NCBI GenBank assembly: GCA_963514005.1
Contig: OY740792.1
Location: 18,786,001 to 18,850,000 of the forward strand
Length of the DNA: 64,000 nucleotides
Reading direction: 5' to 3'
DNA from: Raja brachyura
Taxonomy: Eukaryota
The notes beneath the pieces are model-generated. The model saw only the letters and a program-made list of their open reading frames with translations, did not search any database and was not told the DNA's origin. This document shows positions 25,509 to 38,790 of the stretch, piece after piece. How positions within the stretch are numbered: the stretch's first letter is position 1; the number at the start of each line of letters is the position of its first letter. Both the position numbers and the translations under genes were made by a program.

Positions 25509-25944
25509 GATCAATATTCTATCTTAACTACTGGTGGCTGGCAAGCAATGATGGGGCATTCCCACTGAATATCAGCGATAACCAGAAGATCCCACCTGCC
25601 CGAAGCCTCTCTGGCCCTCTCCCTGGAAATGAAGAAATAGGTTAAGCACGCAAAAACGGGAATCGAGATTGTCATACTTTTTGTTCCTGTGGAGACTGGA
25701 ACGGGTTGGCCAGCCTTGTCGGCGGAGAGGCATCAAGCGGAGAGCGTCCAAGTCTTGTCAGTGTGACAGTGTGGTGACTGTGCTGTTGTACACCACTGAT
25801 ACTGGGAGCAGGCGCAAAGACACCAACACACATCCCTGACTGACCGACAAGTCGCCACCGAGAGCGTTGCATTTCTCATGACCATCTTCACAGAGCAGCG
25901 AGCCAGCACGAAACAGGAGTAGAAACCCCTTTAAAAAAAAACAA

Positions 25945-26080
25945 ATATATCTCTCGTTTCCCTTACCCTTTCCCCTGACTCTCGTTCTGAAAAAGGGTGA
26001 GTCTGACCCGCTGAGTTACCCCACATCTTGTTTGTGTCTATCTTCCGTTCAAACCAGCATCCGAAGTTCCTTCCTACACA
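25945..26080 (+). mobile_element. Penelope-derived repeat, internally deleted
   Basis: CTGAAAAAGGGT then TGACCCGCTGAGTTACC. Confidence 0.7.
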
Positions 26081-28359
26081 ATTTTTAAAAAAACTTCACT
26101 GTTTGCATTTTGGTGCTCAGACGCAGTGGAATCCCAAATACTGGGTTGGGAGCATCCTGACACCAACCCAAAATGCGTCATGTTAGGCATCGCCCTCTGG
26201 AGATGCACAAGTTTCTAACATTATTTTCATGTACTGCACGTGAAATATTGGTATCCCAACTCATGTTCAGCATCTACAACCCGTTCTGTACCAAGCATTT
26301 AAATCATTGCCAGAATCAGTTCGTTCAACCAGCCGACAGTAACATTGCTAATGTACAAGTGTGTGGGCACCATCAGCTTGCGAAAGCCCCCTTTTTGCAG
26401 TCGCGACCCCGGTATCATCTTCCACAGTGACTTAGACTTTCTCCCCGTGTTAACCCTCTTTATTTGTAAGCCATGCCATTCTAAGCAGTGTTTCCATGGC
26501 AGCGGTAATAAGCGGCTGTGGACATTTCACGATATGTAGCAGGTTTAAAATGAAAGCACGTTAAAACATTTTTTTCCTCTCTGAGATTTCGCACTCAAAT
26601 TATCGGCTACGGTGCACTTGCAATGTCACTTTGCCCTTTTTACGTAGCAAAAACCTCACATTTATCCTGTCCGGGGGATAAATGAGTGAAAACACACTTG
26701 CAAATATACCTGAACATCTACGAGGAGACCGCTGCTGAGATCGAATGTCCTGGGCTGTAGTAATGTACCCGATTACAACTGGCAGCGTGGCGGTATAATA
26801 TAATTTACCTCCGCAATGTGCGTCAATTTTAACGGTAAATAAATGTTAAATGATTCGCTATAAGCTATCTGCTCACCAAGAGACATTAGATTGAAACCAT
26901 GGATCCAATTTATGAAGGATATAAAACGCATTTTTTTTTACATGGTAGAATGCGCTTAACCAGACCGTCAGTAACTGATTTAGAACTACAGTGGAGACTG
27001 GAGTTGAGAAGTGATAAAAGAAAAATATATATTTAACGTGGATGCAAACATAATGAAAACGTATAAAAGGCACCGAGGAACAACGTTGAAGCCAGACAAA
27101 CACTACATCATATGTTGGAACAAGAGACCACAGTAATCCGGAGCAAATCACAAACTCCTGGAGGATCTCTGCCGGCAGGTAGCATCTGTGAAGGCATGAA
27201 ATACGAGTACTAGCACATTATAAGTTAATGAAATGTTTCTTGCCTGAATCAAAATTCAGATGCTTATCATTTTTAACATCCATTAAAAATAACAAGAGAA
27301 TTGCATGCAGCGCGATTCACAATCCCCGCCACATCATCTCCGAGGCTAAATGCATCTTCAAAAAATATTTGAAAACTATTTGGGGGAAAATTAAAGTAAA
27401 ATTAATATTTGTGCTAATGTATCTGATAGATCAGGTTCTGGAATGTTGCCACGCAATGGGTAGCAAATGTGAACTTTATTTTCTATATCTAATAGCTTCG
27501 ACAATTATAACCACGAGGTAAACACCTCTGACAAAATAGCAGGATTGAAGTGCTATTAAGTCTGGTAGTTTCCCACAGCATAATTTTAGCGCCATAGAAA
27601 CGGTGCTGCAAGCAGGTAGATGGATGGCTTTGAGAGGATGTAAAAACGTTCTGCAAACAAAAAAACTGTAACGCACTAGGTGGGTGAATAACGTGATTGA
27701 TGAGGGTCGGCCATAAGAAAATGATACATTTAAGTGCAGAAGACAACGTGACAGAAACAACAGGGGGGAAATGAGGGAGATAAGGGCAGTGAAATAGCAA
27801 CTGGGAATTGTCAGCTCAAGGTGAACAGGTTGATAATGAATTGTTGACGCTCAGAAGAGCGAATCATAATGTGAGAATCATGGGTGATTTCAATATTCCA
27901 GAGAGGGAGTGGGCTGATTAGGAGTGGTCAAAAGAGAAAGGTGAATTTCCCAATGACTATTTCATAGCGTAACATCTTCACTCAGGCAATGATACCACTA
28001 TAATACCATAAAGCAAAACAAAGGTGGCCTGGAATTAGAAACATTTGATCTGAATGATCGACTATTTACAATATGAATATAGATGAGAGTAGCAGGCCAT
28101 TCAACCCTACAAGGCTCCACGGCCATTCAATATAATCATGGCAGATCAATTAAATTCGGTACCATTGACCAATTTCAGCAGAAGGACCATATCTAATTCT
28201 TTCTGGAAAGCTACTTAATGACGTGACCTTAACTGGTAGAGCATTCCACAGGTTCACCCTGTTTTGGGTGAAGAAATTTATCATCTCAGTTGTAAATGTC
28301 CTGCTTTCTACTGGGCTTGTATTCACTGGAATTTAGAAGGAGGTTACTATAATCTTATA

Positions 28360-29928
28360 CAGTGGCTTGCAAAAGTATTCATACCCCTTGAACTTTTCCA
28401 CATTTTGTCACGTTACAACCACAAACGTAAATGTATTTTATTGGGATTTTATGTGATAGACCAACACAAAGTGGTGCATAAATGTGAAGTGGAAGGAAAA
28501 TGATACATGGTTTCCAAATTTTATTACAAATAAAAAACTGAAAAGTGTGGCGTGCAAAGGTATTCTGCCCCCCTGAGTCAATACTTTGTAGAACCACCTT
28601 TCGCTGCAATTACAGCTGCAAGTCTTTTGGGGTATGTCTCCACCAGCTTTGCACATCTAGAGACTGAAATTTTTGCCCATTCTTCTTTGCAAAATAGCTC
28701 AAGCTCAGTCAGATTGGAAGGAGAGCGCCTGTGAACAGCAATTTTCACGTCTTGCCAGAGATTCTCAATTGGATTTAGGTCTGACCTTTGACTGGGCCAT
28801 TCTAACATGAATATGCTTTGATCTAAACCATTCCACTGTAGCTCTGACTGTATGTTTAGGGGCGTTGTCCTGCTGGAAGGTGAACCTCCGCCCCAGTCTC
28901 AAGTCGTTTGCAGACTCTAACAGGTTTTCTTCCAAGATTGCCCTGTATTTGGCTCCATCCATCTTCCCATCAACTCTGACCAGCTTCCCTGTCCCTGCTG
29001 AAGAAAAGCATCCCCACAGCATGATGCTGCCACCACCATGTTTCACAGTGAGGATGGTGTGTTCAGGGTTTTGCATTTAGGCCAAAAACTTTAATTTTGG
29101 TCTCATCAGACCAGAGCACCTTCCTCCACATGTTTGCTGTGTCCCCACATGGCTTGTGGCAAACTGCAAACTGGACTTCTTATGGCTTTGTTTCAACAAT
29201 GGTTTTCTTCTTGCCACTCTTCCATAAAGGCCCGATTTGTGGAGTGCACGACTAATAGTTGTCCTGTGGACAGATTCTCCCACCTGAGCTGTGGATCTCT
29301 GCAGCTCCTCCAGAGATACCATGGGCCCCTTGGCTGCTTCTCTGATCAATGCTCTCCTTGCCTGGCCTGTCAGCTTAGGTGGACGGCCATGTCTTGGTAG
29401 GTTTGCAGTTGTGTCATACTCATTCTATTTTCAGATGATGGATTGAACAGTGCTCCGTGAGATGTTCAAAGCTTGGGATTTTTTTTATAACCTAACCCTG
29501 CTTTAAACATCTCCACAACTTTATCCCTGACCTGTCTGGTGTGTTCCTTGGGCTTCATGATGCTGTTTGTTCACTAATGTTCTCTAACAAACCTCTGAGG
29601 CCTTCACAGAATAGCTGTATTTATACTGAGATTAGATTACACACGTGGACTCTATTTACTAATTAGGTGACTTCTGAAGGCAATTGGTTTCACTGGATTT
29701 TATTTAGGGGTATCAGAGTAAAGGGGGCTGAATACTTTTGCACGCCACACTTGTTTATTTGTAAAAATATTTGAAAACCATGTATCATTTTCCTTCCACT
29801 TCACAATTATGCGCCACTTTGTGTTGGTCTATCACATAAACTCCCAATAAAATACATTTACATTTGTGGTTGTAACGTGACAAAATGTGGAAAAGTTCAA
29901 GGGGTATGAATACTTTTGCAAGCCACTG
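28360..29928 (-). mobile_element. Tc1/mariner transposon of IR/DR type
   Basis: TA TSDs at 28358-59 and 29929-30. ~210-bp TIRs starting CAGTGGCTTGCAAAAGTATTC, with an inner direct repeat TGCAAA(A/G)GTATTC. Transposase inside. Confidence 0.97.
28578..29558 (-). pseudogene. Tc1 DDE transposase, disrupted
   Basis: MKPKEHTRQVRDKVVE (paired-like HTH), [48 protein letters not shown]; several stops and frameshifts. Confidence 0.93.
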
Positions 29929-30049
29929 TAGATGATAAATAGATAAAATTCTTAAAGGATTGGACAGGTTCGATGCAGGAAAAATGTTCCTGATGTAGGA
30001 GGCCCAGAACCAGGGATCACAGTTTAAGAATAAGGGGTAGGCCATTTAA

Positions 30050-31666
30050 TCATAGAGTCATGGAGTCCATATCCCTCCAAACCTGTCCTATCCATGTACA
30101 TGTCTAACTGTTTCTTAAACGATGGGATAGTCCCAGCCTCAACTACTTCCTCTGACAGCTTGATCCAGATGCCCAGCACCCTTTGTATGAAAAAGTTATC
30201 CCTCGGATTCCTATTAAATAATTTCCCCTTCACCTTGAACATAAGTCCTCTGTCCCTCGATTCCCCTACTCTGGGCAAAAGTCTCTGTGCATCTACCTGA
30301 TCCTCTCATGATTTTGTATACCTCTATAAGATCACCCCTTATCTTCCTACATTCCATGGAATAAAGACCCAGTCTACTCAACCTCTCCCTATAGCTCACA
30401 CCCACTAGTCCTGAAAGCATCCTCATCAATCTTTTCTGAAGCCTTTCAAGCTTGACAATATCTTTCCCATAACATGGTGCTCAGAACTGAACACAATGTT
30501 CTAAATGCAGTCTCGCCAACGTCTTATACAACTGCAACATGACCTCCCAACGTCTATACTCAATACTCTGACTGATGAAGGCCAAAGTGCCAAAAACTTT
30601 TGTGACCACCTTATCTACCTGCGACTCGACCTTCAAAGAACCATGCACCTGTACTCATAGATCCCTGTGCTCTATAACACTACCCAGAGGCCTAACATTT
30701 ACTGTGTATGTCCTGCCCTTGTTTGACGTCTCAAAATGCAACACCTCACACTTCTCTGTAATAAATTCCATCAACCAGTCCTCCACCCACCATGCCAATT
30801 GATCCAGATCCTGCTGTAATTGATCACACTCATCTTCACTATCTGCAAAACTACTAACTTTTGTATCTTCATCAAACTTGATAATCTTACTCTGTATGTT
30901 CTCATCCAAATCATTGATGTAGATGCCAAACAATAACCAAATCCTGAGGCACACCAGGCATGCAGTCTTAGAAGCAACCTTGCACCATTACCCTCTGCCT
31001 CCGTCCATGGAGCCAATTTTCTATCCACTCAGCTATCTCTCCTTGGATCCCATGCGATCTAACCTCCCAGAGCAGCCTACCATGAGGAACCTTGTCGAAC
31101 GCCATGTACACAACTTGTTGTGTCCATGCACACAACTTCTACAGCTCTGCCTTCATCAACCTTTTTGTTCGCATCTTCAAAAAAATCAATCAGATTTGTG
31201 AGACACATCCTCCCACATACAAAACCATGCTGACTATCCCTAATCAGCCCATGCCCATCCAAATGCCTGTATATCCTATCCGGGATACGCTCCAGTAACT
31301 TACCAACTACAGATGTTTAGCTCACCGGCCTATAGTTCTCAGCATTTTCCCTGTAGGCCATCTTGAAAAGACGTAGAACATTTGCCACCCTCCAGTCTTC
31401 CGGCACCTCTCCTGGATTTAAGGACGACTCATAAATTTCAACCAGGGCTCCCGCAATTTCCTCTCTAGTTTCCCACAATGTCCCCAGATATATCAGATCA
31501 GGCCCTGGAGATTTGTCTACCTTCAAACACAACAGTACCTTCAGTACTCCTTGTACTCGGTAAATACAGAGGAGAAATACTCATTTAGGACCTTGCCCAT
31601 CTCCTGTGGCTCCACACAGAGTTGACCGCTTTGATTCCTGAGAGGTCCCACTCTCTCTCTAGTTAG
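30050..31666 (-). mobile_element. Decayed CR1 RT/3' fragment nested in the plus-strand CR1
   Basis: KVDKSPGPD, NYRPVS, SQHGF and YINDLDE on the minus strand. Confidence 0.88.
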
Positions 31667-32704
31667 CACTGGGATGAGGAAAAACTTTTTCACCCAGAGA
31701 GTTGTGAATCTGAGAAATTCTCTGCCACAGTGGAGGCCAATTTACTGAATGCTTTCAAGAGAGAGTTAGATTTAGCTCTTAGGGCTAAATGAAGCAAGGG
31801 ATATGAGGAGAAAGCAGGAACAGGGTACTAATTTTGGATGATCAGCCATGATCATATTGAATGATGGTGCTGGTTCGAAGGGCCGAATGACCTACTCCTG
31901 CACCTATTTTCTATGTTTTTATGTTTTTATGTTCCTATACTGAGGCAATGAGCTGTGATTTTGTATATCTCGCTATCCGGAACATCCTGCATTTAGTCTG
32001 TCTCGTCCTGTCAGGATTTTATAAGTTGCAATGAAGTCATCTGTCACTCTTCTAAACTCCAGCAAATATGGGCCCAATCGTCCCAATCTCTCTTAAGAAA
32101 TCAACATTGCTATTTCAGAAATCAGTGAACCTTTGTTTGCACTCTCTTCATAGCAAAAAAAACATTATTCCACAGAGAAGGAGACTGACATTGTGCACAG
32201 TACTCAATATATAGTTCATAAGTTCGCAAGTTCTAGGAGCAGAATAAGGTCATTTGCCCATCAAGTATACTCCACCATTCAATCATGGCTGATCTATCTT
32301 TCACTCTCAAACTCATTCTCTTGCCTTCTCCCTATAATTCCTGGCACCCATACTAATCAAGAATCTGTCAGTTTCTGCCTTAAAAATATCCATTGGCCTA
32401 CACAGCCGTCTGTGGCAATGAATTCCACAGATTCACTGCCCTCTGACTAGCCTCCACCAGGGGCTCTACAGCTGCATTATGACATCCTTGCTCAGCATTT
32501 AAATTTAATGGCAATGAGGGAAAATACCATTTGCCTTCTCAAAGCACCCTGTTTTTGCACACGCCGATTCAGCAGTTGTTGCACATGGTCACCTACTGTA
32601 AGGCTCATTGCGCCTCCCCCCCTTTCTAATTTGTCACCATTCATTTTATAAGATGCCTTGTTGATTATGGCACAAAAGTGAAAAACCTCACATTTATCCT
32701 CACA

Positions 32705-33290
32705 CTGATCTATATCGGTGAGACCAAGCGGAGGCTTGGCGATCGTTTCGCCGAACACCTCCGCTCGGTCCGCAATAACCAACCCGACCTCCCGGTGGCT
32801 CAGCACTTCAACTCCCCCTCCCATTCCGTATCCGACCTCTCGGTCCTGGGCCTCCTCCACGGCCAGAGTGAGCAACACCGCAAGTTGGAGGAACAGCACC
32901 TCATATTCCGTTTGGGGAGTCTGCATCCTCTGGGCTTAAACATTGAATTTTCTCAATTCTGTTAACCCTTGCTGCCTCCTCCCCTTCCCACCTCTCCCTC
33001 AGCCCTCGGGCCCTGGCATTCCCTCTCTCTCTATCCCTCCCCCACCCAAGTTGCACTAGCTCTTCATTTTCACACTACAAACGGCTTACAATGGCCTGTT
33101 TCCTTTATCATCGATACTTTTATGCATATCTTTCATTCATTGTTTATCTCTCCACATCACCGTCTATATCTCTCGTTTCCCTGATCCCCAACCAGTCTGA
33201 AGAAGGGTCTCGACCCGAAACGTCGCCTATCTCCTTCGCTCCTTAGATGCTGCTGCACCCGCTGAGTTTCTCCAGCCTTTTGTGTACCCT
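32705..33290 (+). mobile_element. Penelope-like element 3' fragment: GIY-YIG endonuclease C-terminus plus pLTR with hammerhead motif
   Basis: YIGETKRRLGDRFAEHLRSV...VAQHFN...EQHLIFRLGSLHPLGLN is typical of the PLE GIY-YIG domain. Confidence 0.9.
33194..33227 (+). ncRNA. Minimal hammerhead ribozyme motif (predicted cleavage after GTC at 33224)
   Basis: CTGAAGA-A-GGGT(CTCG)ACCC-GAAA-CG-TC: conserved core boxes, 4-bp stem II, palindromic ACGT stem III. Stem I is weak in this copy. Confidence 0.65.
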
Positions 33291-34004
33291 CACATTTATT
33301 CTTATTCTGAACCTCCCATGCATTTGCCAACTCACTCTTCTGTTCTTTTACACCAGAGATTCTATGCAACTTCCAGACAACTCATACGTCCATCCATCTT
33401 TGTATTATCTGCAAAATCAGAGGTATTACATCTAATTCCCTCAAACTAAATCAAGCAATATATCCTGCAGTATTCCATTGGTAACTGTATCTACTCAGAA
33501 AATGACCTGTTTATTTCTCCTCTTTGTTTCCTGTTCCTCTCTGTCAGCCTGTTCTTTCTTCAAGTCTGTGTGTCGCCCTCAACCATACATGGTTTAAGTT
33601 TTAACAAGCATCTTTTATGTGAACTTGTCGAAAACATTCTGTAAGTCCAAATCCGCTGCATCCACTTATTCTCCCCCATTCACTCTGCTACTTACATCCT
33701 CAAAAAATGCCAGTAAATTTGCCATGCATGACTTTCAGAAGTCGAGGTGGATATTGACTGATCCTATCACAATTTTGCAAATGCTCTGTTACATTTTTAA
33801 CAATGGCACTGGGGATTTATCGTCCGTCATCCTGATGAATGAATTTCTCAAACTCCTTTTCCCTGCTAATACCGATTGCTTTCAGTTCCATACAGTCACT
33901 AAACCCTGTGTTCACTAACATCAGTGGGAGGTTATTTGTGTCTTCCTTTGTAAAGACAGAACAAGAATATTTGTTCAATAAGTCTGCCATTTATATCCCC
34001 CTTT

Positions 34005-34205
34005 TTTGACTGAAGATAAATAGAATGAAGGAGTAACTCAGCGGGACAGGCAGTATCTCTGGAGAGAAGGAATGGGTGACGTTTCAGGTTGAAACCCTTC
34101 TTCAGACTGTGAGTCAGGGGAGATGGAGACATGGAGATATGGTAGGGTAAGGTGTTAAAACACAGATCAAAGGGGACGATCAAGGAAATGCACAATGGTA
34201 AATTG
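34005..34205 (-). mobile_element. Penelope-derived repeat with hammerhead motif (~34075-34107)
   Basis: Minus strand CTGAAGAAGGGTTTCAACCTGAAACGTCACC. Confidence 0.8.
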
Positions 34206-36039
34206 TTATCCTGTTAGATACTTACATTTGTCTACACTGATCTTTCTCTTCTCCCATATTTACAGAAGCTTATACTGTACATTTTTATATTCCCTGCAAG
34301 CTCGCCTGTGCACTTTATTTTTCCCTCTTAATTAATCCCTTCCTTGCTTCTAAATTGTTTAACATTCTCAAATTTGCTACTTTTGGGCCAATATACATAT
34401 TTATTTCTTTAGATCTAACTATTCCTAATTTTCCATGTTACCCATGGTTCAGCATGGTTGTCATTTCTTTGTGCCATCCATGAAATGGTGTAGAACATCT
34501 ATTAAATGAACTACTCCTTAAATGTCTGCTGTTGTTCCATTGTCAACCCCATAACGAATATACTTCAATCTATCTTAGCCAGCTCGCAATTCAGTCATCC
34601 CAATTCAAGGTCCTCATTTCAGACTGCTCTACATCACTCTCCATCTTAATAAAGAATTCCATCACATTCTGGCTGTCATTCCCAAAGGGCTTTGCAAAGA
34701 TTGTTAATTACTTTTCGTATTTGTGCAATATTCAGTCTAGGATTAATTTTTAAAAAATGCAATACCACAGTTCTAAAACAGGATGACCTGGTCTCTTATT
34801 ACTCACCCAGAGAAGTATCCCATTTACACTCCTTGGGCTTCTCTCCTTACAGATTTGGCTAAACTAAATGATATGTAGATTACATCTACCCTTGATTCCA
34901 ATTGTAATATTATTACACACATCCCTGATTTCTTATTGAATGGCATCACCAAGATTATTGCCTCTGCTCAAGAGTCTGCTGTACAACTCCCATTACTAAT
35001 TTCTGTCTTTAGTAACTCCTAGTTCTACCAGTTACAGTAGATTTTGTACCATTCTATCTAATATCCTTCCACACTATTGCACTTAAGTTGCAACATTACC
35101 CCATCTTCCTTTTCTTTATGACTGTCCTCCCTAAACACAGTATGGATTGATATTGAAGAACCACAATGCCAAGTGATGAAATATTGAAAACTATAAAGTT
35201 TTCTGCAAAGAATTAACCGAATGGGAACAGTAAAAGCAAAAGCCCCCAAGTTTTCACATGTCACCCTTAATTGCAATACAGTGACAGCATAATTCTAAAA
35301 AATTACAAACCAAGAGTAATTAGGCATGAGAAACGTTGAAGGGATGTGGTTCGCTAAATTCAACACTGTCTGCACATTCCTCACAAGTCAGTGGATGGTA
35401 ATCACAAGGAGCATTAGATATGGTGAAGTGTAATGAGAAGTTGATTACACAGACCATTGCTATAAAAGCATCTTAATTAACGGCAATAAGAAACTCAGAA
35501 GAAATTTCTTTTCTCAAGGAGGTGAGATTGTAGAACTTGCCACCACATTGCTTGAGTTGAGTAACACAGATATATTTAAGTCCAGATAAGTGCACAAGAA
35601 AGTAGAATAAATCATTGAAAGGGTGAGAAGATATAATTAGTGAGGTAGGAAGCTCATGTGGAACACCGGCATCTCAAAGACACGATTAATTCCATGTAAT
35701 TAATTCTTAATAAGATTCAAATATTTTCAGCTTAGTAAAGCACCAACAAAATTAGCTTGATCATTTGACTGTTAAATTAGAACAAATATTATGGTCAGTC
35801 AGGAAATAAAGATTATATTAAATTAGTCCACATTACTCTTCATGAATGAGCAGTGACAAAAAATTCCGGACGGAATTCTTGCAAGAGTCCTCAAGGAATT
35901 TAATGGAAAAGGTAAGTGTTCCAGTTGATGAACATACAAATTTCAAATTAGTCGGGTTTTGCATGAGGAATAATACCAATTTTATGTTCAAAAAGCAATT
36001 AATTATAAGTTTAGCGATTACAGAACAGTCATCTTACCT

Positions 36040-36262
36040 TAGAAACAAGGAACTGCAAATGCTGGTTTACGCAAAAGAACGCAAAGTGCTGATGTAACTC
36101 AGCAGGTCAGGCAGAATCTCTGGAGAATACAGAAAAGAACATAACGTGCAGAGTAACACAATGGGTCAGGCAGCATCAAAGGGTCCTGACATGTAATGTC
36201 ACCTCTCCATGTTCTCCAGAGGTGCTGCCCACCCATTGAGACTGGAGGATTTTGTGTCCATT
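36040..36262. mobile_element. Inverted/rearranged Penelope-derived repeats
   Basis: Two minus partial copies followed by a plus copy. Confidence 0.65.
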
Positions 36263-37604
36263 TATCATCTTAACTTGGTGGATTAAGGAAGGTTTTTAAG
36301 AATTCAGAATCAGAAACTGCAGTTACAGAAGAAATTAAAAGAAATACAGCAAGGAAGGAAGAGGATTATAACCTTTCTAAACAATAAATATGCAAATAGA
36401 CTTAATTTGAAGCATTAGCTGCTTCCTTTAAATGCAAATCTGGTTGAGAATCGACCTGAAAATTTGAATTATAAATCTAGGCATGGATGCATTTAGTCTT
36501 GGCATGTGGTTTTACATAGAATTATGTAGAGTTTGTAGAACCAGTGCAGGCTCTTTCAGCCCACGTAATCCATACTGGATTCTATATAAATGTTCTTGCA
36601 CCTAAGGCTATCAGCATATCTTTCATAGAAACATAGAAAAATAGGTGCAGGCCATTTGGCCCTTCGAGCCTGCACTGCCATTCAATGTGTTTGAGTTTCA
36701 GTTCATTTCTCCCTCATGTTTATCTACCACCCCCATTACCCTTTTTTTGGTCATAGTAAAAAGTTCAGCAATCTTGGCACCCTTCAAATAAAGATTTTTT
36801 TTTGCAAATACCACACTAGATTCATTTAATCTCCTCACCATGCCGCATATGCTCTGTCACATGGTCACCCCTTCATTACATGGTAGAATCATTTAAAAAA
36901 TCCTGATCTCCTTCTGAAGCTTTCAATCACTTTTTAGTTAAGAGGCACATTCTAGCTTTAAGCACTGCACACTCACTTGATCTTGTCTTGGCAACCAGAG
37001 ACATAAACCTTCTGATTAGTATAGCTATAAACAGCAAACATGATAATATTAATCAATGTATAGTATTCTCTCACAATGTTTTCATTTTTGTTAATAGTCC
37101 CTAATAATCATTATCGTACTACTTGTGGAAAACTGGGTTTTCATTGCTCTATGAAAGATGGAGGTGAGTTTCTCTCTGTTAATAAGTACACCAATCTAGT
37201 TGGATACCATTTTGTCAACATCTATCTATATTACTAAAAGTCTGATCTTGACCACTTCCTGTTGTTCTGTATATTGATTTTATAAAAAATGCTGCCACTT
37301 ACGGCTGTGATTTTTGGCCATCTTACCCAGAGCCCCACTCCGCTGCACAGGACAAGAGGATTTTTCCCATAGATGAAAAATAAAAGAGTTATTAGTGTTT
37401 AAAAAATGTTGAGATTCTCTTTCCTGAAGTCCATGCCCCTTCCAGAGGGACTATAAAACCCGGAAATGATGAGTGCCTCAGTCAGTCTCTGCAAGATGGG
37501 GGAGCGAGAGGGTCATGTCTCTCAGTCTGAGCTGTGAATAACACTGCACACATGTCTACTAAACTGTGAGTGTGATTTTACTGACCTTGAGTGCCTTTAA
37601 TGTG

Positions 37605-38036
37605 GTTTGAAAATGAAAATGTGGTTAGTTTGAAGTAAAGCACAGCAAATGGTTGGTGTTTGATTTGTAATAAAACACAGCAAATGGTTGGTGGTGGTTA
37701 GTTTGAAATAAAGCACAGCAAATGGTTGGTGGTGGCTAGTTTGAAATAAAGCACAGCAAATGGTTGGTGGTGACTTGAAATAAAGCACAGCAAATGGTTG
37801 GTGGTGGTTGGTTTGAAATAAAGTACAGCAAATGGTTGGTGGTGGTTATTTGAAATAAAGCACAGCAAATGGTTGGTGGTGGTTGGTTTGAAATAAAGCA
37901 CAGCAAATGTTTGGTTTGAAATAAAGCACATCAAATGGTTGGTGGTGGTTGGTTTGAAATAAAGCACAACAAATGGTTGGTGGTGGTTGGTTTGAAATAA
38001 AGCACAGCAAATGGTTGGTGGTGGTTGGTTTGAAAT
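37605..38036 (+). repeat. Minisatellite, ~38-bp unit GTTTGAAATAAAGCACAGCAAATGGTTGGTGGTGGTTG, ~11-12 copies
   Basis: Direct reading; unit length varies. Confidence 0.95.
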
Positions 38037-38444
38037 GACTGATGATTAAAAGTCTAAACGACAACTTCCTGTTTGACGGTATATTGATTTTAGATAAAAC
38101 GCTACCACTTATGGCTGTGATTTTTGACCATCTTACTCAATCCCCCTCCGCTCATCAGGTGCAGAGGATTCTTCCCATCAATGAAATAAAAGTGTCATTA
38201 GTGCTTTAAAAATATTGACAATCCATCTCCTGTCGATCATGCCATGAAAGCCAGGTCCCTTCCGGTGGGAGGGGGGAGGGATTATAAACCCGGAAGTGTG
38301 GGTGTGTCTCAGTCTCTGCAAGATGGGGGAGGGAGCGGTCACAGCACTGTCTGAGCTGTGAATCAACTGAACACACTGAATGTCTACTGAATTGTGAGTG
38401 TGGTGTTTATGTGGTGTTTTGTGTGGTTTTATGGTGCTTTCACG

Positions 38445-38790
38445 CTGCTTGAAATGGTATGAAACTGCATTTGAATGTGGTAGCCTTGCGCCCTGCTTGA
38501 AGTGGTATGAAACTGCACTTGAATTTGGTGGCCTTGCACCCTGCTTGAAGTGGTATGAAACTGCATTTGAATTTGGTGGCCTTGCACCCTACTTGAAGTG
38601 GTAGGAAACTACCTGAATTTGGTGGCCTTGCACCCTGCTTGAAGTGGTATGCAACTGCACTTGAATTTGGTGGCCTTGCACCCTGCTTGAAGTGGTAAGA
38701 AACTGCACTTGAATTTGGTGGCCTTGTACCCTGATTGAAATGATAGGAAACTGCACTTCAATTTGGTGGCCTTGTTCCCTGCTAGAAATG
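38445..38790 (+). repeat. Minisatellite, 48-bp unit GAAACTGCACTTGAATTTGGTGGCCTTGCACCCTGCTTGAAGTGGTAT, ~7 copies
   Basis: Direct reading; period 38461 to 38509. Confidence 0.95.

Larger units (their letters stand above)
24600..27200. promoter_or_regulatory. CpG-enriched unique region; candidate promoter/first-exon zone
   Basis: Visibly higher CG density than flanks. Minus-strand TTTATAAG at ~25044-25051 and GTGAGT donor at ~24889-24894. Confidence 0.4.
28308..31935 (+). mobile_element. CR1 3' fragment split three ways (28308-28359, 29929-30049, ~31667-31935)
   Basis: Continuous CR1 C-terminal/3' UTR sequence once the Tc1 and the minus-strand CR1 are removed; (TTTCTATG)-like tail. Confidence 0.8.
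31960..33900 (-). mobile_element. Ancient CR1 remnants (with a younger CR1 tail at ~32210-32450)
   Basis: Degenerate DKCEVFHF and RT motifs on the minus strand, flanking the Penelope insert. Confidence 0.5.

Noticed and set aside
25672-25872. 66-aa ORF in the CpG-rich region
   Set aside because: No recognisable homology; ORFs this size arise by chance in GC-rich DNA. Kept only as part of the candidate promoter zone.
35846-35916. Perfect AAG|GTAAGT donor after a short ORF
   Set aside because: Another frame reads PDGILARVLKE, like the CR1 PGPDGIHPRVLKE motif; likely an ancient LINE remnant.
37605-38790. CRISPR-like repeat arrays
   Set aside because: Units are head-to-tail with no unique spacers, no cas genes, and the context is eukaryotic; these are minisatellites.
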